64,000 nt of DNA from the human T2T-CHM13v2.0 reference genome, Homo sapiens, in the NCBI RefSeq assembly GCF_009914755.1, contig NC_060926.1; one strand, given 5' to 3'. The notes beneath the pieces were generated by a model. That model saw nothing but the letters and a program-made list of their open reading frames with translations, searched no databases and was not told where the DNA came from. Positions 30,592 through 44,248 of this stretch are shown piece after piece (position 1 is the stretch's first letter; the number at the start of each line of letters is the position of its first letter). Made by a program: the position numbers and the translations under genes.

Positions 30592-33129
30592 CTGCAAGAA
30601 ATATAAACACCACAAGAAGCTGAAACACTTTAAACCTGATTAGCCTTGAGTATCTTAGCGTGCATGAGTCTGTCAGCATATTTTCCAGAAGCCGAGGGGA
30701 AAGAATCCAAGATCCCGGAGGGTCAGAACGGGAGGCAAGCTGAACAAAGGAAGGGACAACAGTAGATGCAGCCATGAAAACAGATTCATAAACTCCACTT
30801 ATTTTTCAGTGTGGCTTAAATGTTTAAGACAAAGGCAATAGGATAAAAACCAAAATTAATTAGGCAGATATCAGACCCAATACATTTCCAGGGTCTGGGA
30901 GTTATGAGTCATGTCCTACTCTGAAAATGTTGGAGGTGAGAGAAAAGATGCTCCTCTTTAACTAAACCTGCCTCATCCCCCAACCCCTTTAAGCTGAAGG
31001 ATACCCCAAAGCACTCCAAGATGCTTTATAAAGCATCCAGATTGCTAGATAAAATCCACTAATGAAGTTCTACCCGCATAACCAGCCTACAGCTCCTACT
31101 ACCAAGAAGGAGTGAACACCCTCAGGACCACTTACTCATAATCTTCTAATAGAAATCCACTAGTCGTCTTTTCAGGGGCCTGCCATCATGCTCGTGCCAT
31201 GCTTCCACACCATAAGATGAACCCAGAATGACTCAAAATGGCAACGTCCCCACTTCTTCAAAGGAGAGGAAAGGAAACTCAAAAAGAAAGGCAATGCCTT
31301 CCCTTTGGTTTCTCTCCTCCTTCCTTGGTGGGTAGCTCTGTAGCCTCCACTGAGCTGCTTCTTAAAACTAACCTACCCATTCCTTCTCTTTAACTAGAAG
31401 CACAAGCCCCCCACCACATATCATTTCATGGCTAGGGAGCTAAAATGTCACTTGCTTAAAGCAGATGTCACTGTAAGAGAAAGGCTGGGCTTCCCACCCC
31501 CTGTATCTCCCTAAGTGTCTGAACTCTCACCTTTCTACCAATACTAAATGTTTTGACTCATAAAGACAGTAGCTTCTCGACAGTGAGCCCCCATCCCACT
31601 AATTACAAGTGAAAATTGTGCCGGTGCTCACCAGCCTGCAGAGTGCCTTTCTCTTCATCTCTTGCCATGAAAGCTTAGCCCTCTTCGTCCCCCTGCCATT
31701 TGAGCAATGTGAAGATCATGCTTTAAAAGCAAAGAAAGCTTTCGCCTGACAAGCTGAAAGTCAGGTCAGCTTCCCCTGGGATGGCTGACTTAGGTCTAAG
31801 AGAATTCCAATTCCCGGCATGCCAACATATACATTAAACTCAAAATGTGTTGCACGTTATGAGTTATGTTTCTTTGTTACTAGCAGATGGTAAAAATTTC
31901 TATCATCTGCAAAGTTGCTCCTATTTCCATAAAAATTACAAAAATCACATTCCTCAAATGTATGTCACCAAATGTATTTATTTATTTTGCATGAAAGTGG
32001 AGGTAGCCAACTGCTTCAATATTATTTATCATTTGTTGCAGATGCATAACATTCCCAGAAAATAAACCTTTTTAATCAACTCCTTTTAAAGGGCCTATTT
32101 ATTTTTAGAATTAAAAAAAATAGCAAATAAAAAATGTAGTGAAAACATTTTTGATCATTTCTCACTTATTTGTTTTTAATCTATAAATTGCGGTATCTTG
32201 TAGAGCTCCAGCCAAGGCCAATTATGGTGGTTAAGTAGAAATAGACGTCTAAACATGAAACTGTCATCATTTCCAAAATTCATCTATTCTTGATCATACG
32301 GTAACAGCATGAAACTAAATAAAAGTAACATCTATGAGCCCGATGGCTTTTCTCTTCCATTGAGCTCAAAACATTTCACCTATATGTCCCTTAATTATCC
32401 TCACAATGCCCCTTGGAGAAAGACACTGATGGTGAATATTATGACTAGGTTAACTCTTTTAAAGATCAAGAAACTTAGGATAAGAGTTTGATCATCAAAA
32501 CAATGTCATAAAGACACACTGTGTAAAAGGAACAGCAATGTCCAAAGTACCTTACTCAGCTCTGCCCAGAGAACAGGAGCTATCCTGGAGCCAAGAAGTG
32601 GTGGCACCTCTTAAACCCTGATGTCTGACAAGCCCAGTAGTGAGAAGTAGTTAACATGAGCCCCAGAGGCAAGACAGGAATAAATGAAATAAGGCAAGCT
32701 ATTTCCCAGTCAGACAGAGAGAACCATAAGGAGAATTCTGGAATAAAGTCTCAGCTGTTATAATTTTTTACAGCCCCCAACTGACAAAGGATAGAAATCA
32801 GTCTCTTTCCACAGCTCACACACAAAGCAGACCTATGTAACCTAGAATTGTGGAATGGAAGATAGAGAAGTGAATAAAAAAATAAAAAATGATAAGATTC
32901 TAAAGTTGCCCAGCGAGGGCTACTGATGTCACTATTTTTATCAAGTGCTACCCATTCATTAGCCTGCTCCAATCTCTCCCTAGGCTGCCCTACTGGTGAG
33001 AAAGGTGCTGGAGCCAGGACAGCCTGCCCTCTGGCTGAGTCACAGGTTGATTCAGCAGACCCAGCCAGCCAGGGGGGGATGACCTCCTTCCCACTGCACT
33101 CATCCACATGCAGCCTGATGAAATCTGAT

Positions 33130-33175
33130 GAAATGCAGTTTGCTTGGAGCACTCGCTCCAAGCAAACTGCATTTC
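33130..33175. repeat. Perfect 21-bp inverted repeat with 4-nt spacer
   Basis: GAAATGCAGTTTGCTTGGAGC-actc-GCTCCAAGCAAACTGCATTTC. Confidence 0.95.
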
Positions 33176-33492
33176 CCATGGAGGAGACTTTTAGGCAAGG
33201 GTATATGAAGCCAATTGTATCCCTTGACTAGAATCATCAAAATGTTTTATTCTTATTTTTAAAAAACTATCCAAACTACTGATATGTCTCCAGGGTTGTG
33301 GGGAGTCTAAGAAATAAGCAAATTCAAGGAGAAGAGAATGAACCACCTCTCACCTATCTTTTGGAAAAAGTTATCATGTTTTGCATGTTTTTAAAATACA
33401 GTCCTTTTCAAATAACAAAAACACAATTCACTTTCGTCCAAAAGCATTTTCTGAATACCACTGTGTCAGATACTAGGGAGACAGGGTCGTGA

Positions 33493-34123
<631 letters not shown>

Positions 34124-34869
34124 CACCTTACTTCTTTAACAAGGTGGAATTCCTCATTTAAAGTTTCATTTATGTGGTTTACCCACTGCTAACCTATCAT
34201 TGCTACCTCACTCTAAACAGGTTCGTCTGATCCCTTCCTAAGAGCAGATTTGGTTTGGAGCAAATGCATGAAGAGTGGATGCAGAGGACACAGAGAAACA
34301 CTCTCCCCCTTTTTACAGTTTATATCAGGCTGCCTCTAAGCAGCCTGGCCACAGAGAAGACAATCTTTTCAGATACTTTGAGACCTGACAACATGCTAAC
34401 ATGCTCCCTGGGCATGGACCTGGAGCCATGAGGGTGAGGAGGAAGAAGAAAAGGCATAAGGAGGAGAGAAGAACGTTCCCCAGAAACTCCCCTGCTCTCC
34501 AGAGCAGCAGCGTAAGCACTGTGTATAATTAAGGAAATTTAATCAAACACTCCAAATTTATAACAATTGTTTTAAATTTAATGAGTCAAACTAATTAACA
34601 TCTCTTGTTATTTATAAAGCAAATGATAAAAATTAAAAATTGTTTTTTAAATTAGAGTAAAGCAAGGTTGCTGAAGTGTACTTGCAAATTCCCTTCTTAA
34701 TCTATAGACATAGCTGGTGGACTGAAAGGCAGAAAGACAGTGAGCATGGGACAGAGGCAACTCAGACAGAGAAGGTGAGGCTGAAGGTAGAACGTGGTAA
34801 AAAGGCAAGAATCTCCCAACTGGAGTCTTTTGAAGCTCTGAGTTGTTGTGGTTGTGATGCTATAGGTGC

Positions 34870-36130
34870 GATGGTGGTGATAGTGGTGGTGGTGGTGATA
34901 GTGGCAGCAGAAGTACTGGCAGTAGTGTTGGTGGTAGTGATGGTGATGATGGTTATGATGGTGGTGGTGGTGGTGATGGTGATGATGATGGTGGTTATGG
35001 TAGCAATGGTGACAGTAGTGGCAGTGAAGGTGTTGTGGTAGTGGTGGTGGTGGTGGTGATGGTGATGATTGTGATAATGGTGGTGATGACAGTGATGGTG
35101 ATGGTGGTGGTAGTGGTAGTGATGGTGGTGGTGGTAGCAATGGTGATGGTGGTGGTGATGGTGGTGGTGGTAGAGGTGCTGGTGGTGGTGGTAGTTGTGG
35201 CGATGCTGATAATGATTGTGGTTGTGATAATGGCAATGGTAGTGGCGGTGATGGTGGTGGGGGTGATGGCAGTGGTAGTGGTGGCGGTGGCAGTGGTAGT
35301 GGGGGTGATGATGGTGGTGGCAGCGATGGTGACAGTGGTAGTGAACATGTTAGTGGTAGTGATAGTGATGGTGATGGTGGTAGTGATGGTGATGGTGGTG
35401 GTTGTGATAATGGTGATGGCAGCGATGGTCATGGTGGTAGTGGTGGCAGTGGTGGTGATGGTGGTGGTGGAGATGGTGATGGTGGTGGTAATGGTGTTGG
35501 TGATGAAAGTGGTGATGGTACTGGTGGTGATAGTGGTGGTGGCGGTAGTGGTGGTGATGGTGGTAGCGATGGTGATAGTATTGGTGGTGAACATGTTAGT
35601 GACAGTAGTGATGGTGGTGGTGGTAGTGGTGGTAATGGTGATGGTGGTGGTGGTGATGGTGGTGGTAATGGTGTTGGTGATGAAAGTGGTGATGGTACTG
35701 GCAGTGATGGTGGTGGTGGCGGTAGTGGCGGTGATGGTGGTAGCGATGGTGATAGTATTGGTGGTGAACATGTTAGTGACAGTAGTAGTGATGGTGGTGG
35801 TGGTAGTGGTGGTAATGGTGATGGCAGTGATGCTGATGGTGGTGGTGGTGATGGTGGTAATGGTGGTGGTGATGAAGGTGGTGATCGTGCTGGTGGTACT
35901 GATGGTGATGGTGGTGGTGGTGATGATATGGTGGTGATTGTTATGATAATGGTGATGACGGTAGTGAAGTTGATGGTGGTGATGATGGTGGTAGTGGTGG
36001 TAATGGTAATGATGGTGGTGGTTGTGATAATGGTGGTGACAGTAGTGATGGTGGTGGTGATGATGACGATGCTGGTGGTGGTGGTAATGGTGTTGGTGGT
36101 GGTGAAAGTGGTAGTGAAGGTGCTAGTGGT
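34870..36130. repeat. Degenerate (GGT/GAT)n triplet tract with a 177-bp higher-order duplication
   Basis: Triplet periodicity; GTGAACATGTTAGTG at 35341, 35587, 35764; GTAATGGTGTTGGTGATGAAAGTGG at 35488 and 35665. Confidence 0.95.
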
Positions 36131-36689
36131 TAAAAATCTGTTGAGGAGTGAGAAACAGTCAACAGTGCATATAACAAATTCTTAAATCCTAAAGAACATG
36201 ACTATGCCCCGGCTCACTTATCCTGGATTTTCCTTATGAGCCAAGTAATTTCAGTTCTCATGAATGTTCACTCTACTTTCCCCCAACAGCACTATAACAT
36301 TGGCTCACCAGCACTCCTTTCACCCACAGTGTATTATTTCTACCATGGACTCCTCAAAAATATCGGTCCCCTTTTACTTGTTTGTCTCTGACCACAAACA
36401 AGTAAAGGTTATCTCAATCTTAATTCAATCTTGAAAATATTTTCTGGGAGCATTTCTAGATCTCTACTTTAGCTATGCTGACCTGTTCTACCAGAGCAGG
36501 AATGAGATTGAGGGTGGTCTGTGCCATAACCACTTCTGTACTCTATCTTTTGAGAAACTATGACATTAAAGGGAGTCACAAAGTCACAAAGACCCATAGA
36601 CAAGTTTAAACCACAGTCACCCCAAATAATTTTCTGGGTCTATGTCATCCTCCCAGGCCCATCTGGCCCATGTTAAATGTTGCTAGTAA

Positions 36690-36890
36690 CAACTACTCTA
36701 CATGGACTTTACATGAATTACTGCATTTAAAACCCCAAGAGGCATTCTCCCTATTTACAGTGGAGAAACAAGAGGCTCTGAGGTTAACTAACTTGTCCAA
36801 GTCCCATAACCAGTAAGCGACATCACTTAGATGTGAAGCCAGGCAGTCTGGCACCAGAGACCAAATTCTTAGACTCTGCTCCACTGCCTC
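36690..36890 (-). mobile_element. MIR
   Basis: tttacagtggagaaacaagaggctctgaggttaactaacttgtccaagtc, aggcagtctggcaccaga. Confidence 0.75.
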
Positions 36891-37030
36891 CCTGGGGAAC
36901 TGCTCACTGACAAGCTTTGACAAATGGTACCTTCATCCTTTGTTAGTAAATGCTAGGCAAAAGGGTATTAATTTACAGATCATGCCTGTTTCAGTTCATT
37001 CTTCCAAGATCTGCTATGCCTCCTTGGTTG

Positions 37031-37033
37031 ATA

Positions 37034-37071
<38 letters not shown>
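37031..37071. repeat. (TG)n(TA)n compound microsatellite
   Basis: Direct reading. Confidence 0.9.
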
Positions 37072-39019
37072 GGCTAATTTTAAGAATTCTTCTAAAACCT
37101 ATAAAATATAACTGGAATATGCAATTCAAATGACACAGCACTAGCAGTGAACTAATACTCTAGTCCCTACATTTTTTCAAACAGAAGATTTCAGAAGCTG
37201 TAAGGTAAACAGACTCGCCCATTTTACCGATTTTTTAGTGTGAATTCTGCATACTGAATTCCTTAAGAAATACAGAATGCCATGGTAAGTTCATTTTATG
37301 ACAGAGCTAGCACAGTTGAGTTGCTGCAAACTGGTATTGGACACTCATCAGTTTTTTACTGATCATTTACTGAGTCCCAACTCCATTTCTAGTTCAGTGG
37401 AACGATGACTGTTTCAAATCTCTCTCGTAAATATACTCCAGTGGGTTTTCGAGAGATGACAGATAAATGACAGCTTTGCATTTCCAAGGGTTAAATGCTT
37501 TTCCTGAGGGATCCTAAGTCTTGGTGCCATGAGAACAAGTGTCAGGCTCTAATGGAATTGTTCCATGATAAATAAACTGCCAGGCTGTATGACAAGCAGC
37601 TTTCAGAGTCTTTCTATATAGTATAAACAGCAGAAGTTAATTTGAGTTTCTTAACAGGACCTTTTTCCTTTACAATATAAAAGTGCCTTGGGATGAAGCA
37701 ATTACTCTGATTTACCATCTTCTCCTTGGTAGAATATAAAGATGCAGCAGAGCCTCACAAAGGCAGTAACTTAACCAAATGAGACCCACTTGCAAAGTCC
37801 CTACTATGCTATTTCAAAGAGCTCCCTTCCCGGCAGCAGCACAGGGCCGTCATCAATCACAGGTGTCTGCGATGAGAAGGATGCTGACTCTCAGGGCTTT
37901 TCATGGGAGAGCCAATAAACTATTTTTCCTCCAACAAATGCTCAGTTAAATTTCATTTTCACTTTACAGCACCAGTTTCTGAACTTCAGCTCCTAGGAAT
38001 TTTAAAAGCTATCTACACAATGAGTCATATTTTATAACATGCTTATGTTTTAACCATGATGCCCTTCCCTGCAATCCTTGCTGTGGCCACTCAGGCTCAT
38101 GGGCTGGTGCCTGAAGTCAGAAGGGAGAAGGGTGTCTGAGTCCTCTCATCCAATCCCCATACTTCAGGTTGGTCAGTCTCACGGACCCAGAAAGCCCAGA
38201 GACCCTCAACGTTAGCCGTAAAAAAAGGCTCATGCTCTTCCCGAATCCAACTCGACTTCTTTTTCTCCCAGGACTACTAAGGAGATAGGCTGTGGTTGAA
38301 ATGGGGTTTCTGAAAAGGACTAAGAGTCACCTTGAACTACTGCTATCCATTGAACTGAATCAACTTACCTGTGAGGTAGAGAACAAGCCCTAGGCTAGAA
38401 AGAAGATAAATGGAACCGACTTTTCAAAAAGGAAGAATTAAAAGGAGATGTATGGCCCCAAATGCCTCATGATAGCTAATCACCCTGACAGGCCAACCAT
38501 CACGGTTCTCCACGGAGACAACACAGGTGGAAACCAACAGAATAAGCTCACTAATGTACCTGAGAGGAAAGGACACCCTGTGTGAAGAGAGAATGACCTG
38601 TTTTGGTACAGGCAGTTTGTCAGCTTAGCTGGAAGTCTCAGCGGGTCAAGAGGACACAGAAGAGAGAAGTAAGACAATAAAAATATCAGAATCTGGAAGA
38701 GAACACAGAGCAGCCCCTGTGGTCACCACAAAAGCAGAATCGGGATGTGAGGTCAGGGGCTCGGTTCCGCAGTCAGCAGTGGTCAGATGCGCCTCAATTT
38801 CCCTCCTCCAACCTTCCCTCACCTCAGTCTTCACGCCCTTTCCTCCTCTCTGGGGGGAGCCCTTTCTCCTCCCCAGGCTAACTCTCCCACCTGGGCTCTG
38901 AGGCCTATCCCCCCAACCCCACCTTCCCATAGATGCCACTTTCTCGTGTTTGCTCTTGGTCTCAATTGGCTTTTTTGAATCAGCAAATAAACCTGGTCAA
39001 GGCCTCTCTGTATTTAGAA

Positions 39020-40330
39020 AAAGAGAATGATAGGCCCTCCCTGACCCTCTTTCTTGCCATTACACCTTCTCTTATCAGCCACAGTTTTCTGCAAAGCTGT
39101 CTATACTTGCTGTCTCTCTCCAATTCCTGGTTTCCCTAAACATGCAATCTGGTTCTCCTGTTCACGGCCAGGCTTCAACTTCCTCATGGGGCAATCCGTG
39201 GATGCTTTTCACTCCCCTATCTCCCCTTGGCTAGCACTGCCCTTCAGAGGTCTCCTTCCCTGGCCCTCTGGTACCATGAGATTGTGGTCTCCCTCTTGTC
39301 TCTTTGGCTGCTCCTCAGTTTGCTTGCCATTTTTCCCTCCTGTGACACTCCAGGCTCTGTGCAAAACCTGGTCTCTTCTCAAGTGACAGTCTTTATGGGA
39401 GATGTCATTCATTCCTTGCTTTCAGGTGCCATCTTTATGTTGATGTTGTACAACTCTCCAAGACTCACTCAAATCTCTCTTCTCAGCTACCAATTATCCA
39501 ACTCCCTATGTGGCCTTCTCAAGTCAGGTTTCTCATAGACAGCCTGCATGTCCAGACTTAGCTCACCACCACACCGACCCCAACCCCAGCCTCTACTTGT
39601 TGCCTGTGTCAGCAGACCGCAGCACTACCCACCTAGTTGCCTGAGTCAGAAACCTGGGCATCATCTGGACTGTGTGATTTCCCATGCCCCCCATATCCAA
39701 TCAACCCTCTCTAGACCTGTCAACTCTACTACCTGAAGACTGCTCATACTTGTCCAACTCTCTCCTTCTGCACTGCCAACTCCTTGGCCCAGGCCACCAT
39801 GGGCTCCCTTCCAGCCCCCTGCAGAGCCTCCTAAAATGTATCTCCCGGCTGCTCTTCCTACCCCAGCCCATTCGCTCCTACCCCAGCCCAATCGTTCCTC
39901 CCCCGTCAAGCCAGGGTGGTGTTTCTTTAAAAAAGAGCAGTTTGGTCATGCCACTGCCCTGCCCTCAGGATAGCATCTCAATCTGGTAGCCCTGCTCATC
40001 TGCTCAAGGTCAGCTCCCAATCTTCCCAGTTTCTATGTTATGGCTCCTTCCTGTGCCTTGAACACCTCTGCTGTCCACCTGCCCTCTTCCTCCTGATCCT
40101 GAAGGTCTCACTTTAGTGATTTTTCCCTCTTGGGAACATTCCCAGACTCCCCTCACCAAATCCCGGGGCCCTATATAAGTCGTACGTAGAACCCTCCACT
40201 CTCCCCGATAATGGCACTTCTTATGCTAATTATCTGAATCCTTTATTAAACCATACCATAAGAAGAAAGTCTACATCTAGTTTCTATCAAACTGTATCCT
40301 CAGCACATAGAAGAGTGCCTGGCACTCTAA
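39020..40330 (+). mobile_element. L2 fragments
   Basis: C/T-rich L2-like text (agaaacctgggcatcatctggac, gccccccatatccaatca) ending in gtatcctcagcacatagaagagtgcctggcac. Confidence 0.65.
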
Positions 40331-41325
40331 TTCCTGGTTTCCTGAAACACACAACCTGGTTCTCCTTTTACACACTGGCACAGAGTGGGCACTGAATAAA
40401 ACAGTATAAGATACATTAAAAATATGTGGTAAATGAACGTTTGTTTCATGCTTTTTCCTTCCTTTTCAAAATTTAGGCTGTATGCATATCACCATTTGAA
40501 CACACAGAACTAAACCCCATTCAGATCCTGAGTCCTACATTTTATTTATGGTTATAGAATTTAGTAATAGTGGGAATCATAATAACAGTAATATTGAGCA
40601 ACTGCCTGGTGCTGGAAAGCTTGTAAAGAAAGTTTATATTTGTTATTTTATTTACCCCTCAACAAACCTCCTTATTTATACAAAACACAAACTTTTAATA
40701 AAAGGATATAAATCTAAAAATGATACAAGATCTGTGCCATAAACATTATTATGCTCATTTTATAGATAAAGGCCTTTCATCAATGAAAAAAGTGGGGCTT
40801 AGAAAATTTAAACAGTTTGCAAAAGTCACACAATAAGTATTAGAATCGGGATTCTAAGTTGCATGGAAACTGTGGATATTAAAAACAATTTAAGTTCTAA
40901 AAAGTTTATGCTTTTCAATTTAAAAAATATTATTTAATGCTCATTATACACAAAGTACCAGCTACACAGGACAAAAAATGTCTGTGACCACAACTTCCAC
41001 ACAAGTACTGCGGAGGACATTTCTGTAACTTCCTTTGGTGAAAACTCTGTAGTCAATCAAGCTTGACTCAGAGGAAGACATTAAGAATTATGAATTATTT
41101 GAATTCCACAGTTCTATAATTCATTCTGTGCTAGTGACACTAAAGACGATTAATTCTAAATATCCATATAACAATGTCAGAAAACCAAGGGGTCTTCCTA
41201 TAGCTGTGGCATCACTCACAAGTTCCCAATTTCAGTTAGACACCTAATCTATCATACAAATATTTTACTTGATTCCCTAGAACATTAGGAATGTTATATA
41301 TCATGGGGCTGCCTAAGCATGATAA

Positions 41326-41736
<411 letters not shown>

Positions 41737-42914
41737 CTGTCTCTTTTTATGTTTCCCATATACACCCACATACAACACAGCAAGTCCAATGCCACAGGCA
41801 ATACAGGCAGCTAGCTCTGTGATATGGAGATAAATTTATTAATGTGAAGAGAGCCCATGAAGACGGCTCTTCTTCCTCGAAACACTGCACAGAACAACAG
41901 ACAAGCTAGGGTAGGTGGGGTTGGGCATTTAGTTGTATACACAGGAAGAGATAGGGGGAGACACTTCACATTTCTCCCCATCCTTGATCTCTGCCAACTC
42001 AACATCAATTAGTCCTCTGCCGAGTTAGCAGGCCTCCATTCTGTAGGCCTCCATCTGGGTTTCCCAGCTGTCTGGGCCCTTTGGGGTCTCCATCCACTGG
42101 ACTTCAGAGAACACACCTCTCAGCTTAGCTGAGAACAAGCCCTGGCTCCCCGTAAGCACTCAATTACCATTTGTAGAATGGATGGATGAATAAGTATCTG
42201 GTGTTCCTTCTCACTGAAGCCCTCCCTTCACTGAGCCAGTAAGGATAAACAATACGTGAGATTTGCCTGGTCTTCCAGGACAGTTAAGCGCATACTATAA
42301 TACATAAAGCTGCTTCAGGTACATTCTGGAAGCAGCAGCCTCAAGGAGTAGATCAAGCTAGCTTTTACCAAATTTTGTTTATGACTGGCACAAAGAAACA
42401 TGGAAGTGTCAACATTGTCCTTTTGGAATTAAAATTCTACATGCATTAACAGAAGATACTACATAATTTCTGGGAAACATACTAGAAAATTACTAAACTT
42501 GAAGATGTCTTCAACAAGAAGCAAATGATTCCAGATCATCTTAGAATTACAGAAGAGGGAGAAACAGCAAGGCCTCCCATTAAACAAGAAGAATACTTCC
42601 TATCACTGAACGCATAGTTTCCAAGGAGCCCCCTCTACCTCCAAAGATATTAACATTGTGCCAGAAATGAGAAGATTCAGCTAAGGTCCAAGCAGAGACA
42701 AGTCAGGACTCTGTGCCTTACCCCCTCATCTCAAGCAGGGTTAAGAAACCAATCCATACATTGTGATCAGTGGTTGGCAATGTTAAAGTGCTCTGCCAAG
42801 GTAAAATATCATCAATACCTAAATGAAAGACGACTAACATAGCCACCATTCAGAAAGAAACACTATTTCTCCATCTCAGACAGGTGGCCTGGGTAGGCTG
42901 TCATTAAACACTGA

Positions 42915-43294
<380 letters not shown>

Positions 43295-43314
43295 TTATTT
43301 ATAATTATAAAACA

Positions 43315-43655
<341 letters not shown>

Positions 43656-44248
43656 ATTATAAAACAAAAATAATTGTAAAACCAATGAAATATCCATTCT
43701 TAGGAGACTGGTTAGTAAATTATAGCACTTCGTACAATAGAAGACTGTAGACATTGCACTGGATGGAGTGGATTTAAATGTATAGATATGGGGAATATCC
43801 AAGATACAAATATTAAGTGAAAAGAATAATTTGTAGAAAAGCATGGATTATATAATCTCTTGTACATAAAATGTGTGTGCATTTATAGACACATGAAAAT
43901 TTTAAAATAGTTATCTTGAGGTGAAGGATAGAGTGGTGAGGAGTGGGGAAGAATTTATATTCTTCTGCTTTAGTTGGGGGTTTTACTGCAAATATTACTT
44001 TTTAAATACAAAGCATTACGTTTTAAAAATATCGACAGTGTAAGTTTTAATTTGTTCTTTCCCTTTAAACTATCTATAAACATGAAAAATGTAAAATTAA
44101 GGTAGTAACTATCAAATACAGCACAGGATTATGTGCTACACTATACCAGGATCCTGGCTTTCCCTACCAGGCTAGGCCTATTTTCTTCATTCTTCTTCCT
44201 TCCTAACCAACCCCTTCCTTCCTCACTCCCCAAAAATGAACTAGACCA

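Noticed and set aside
35035-35937. 300-aa poly-Val/Met ORF and overlapping poly-Thr/Pro/His ORFs
   Set aside because: Automatic consequence of a GGT/GAT triplet tract; no splice signals or protein homology
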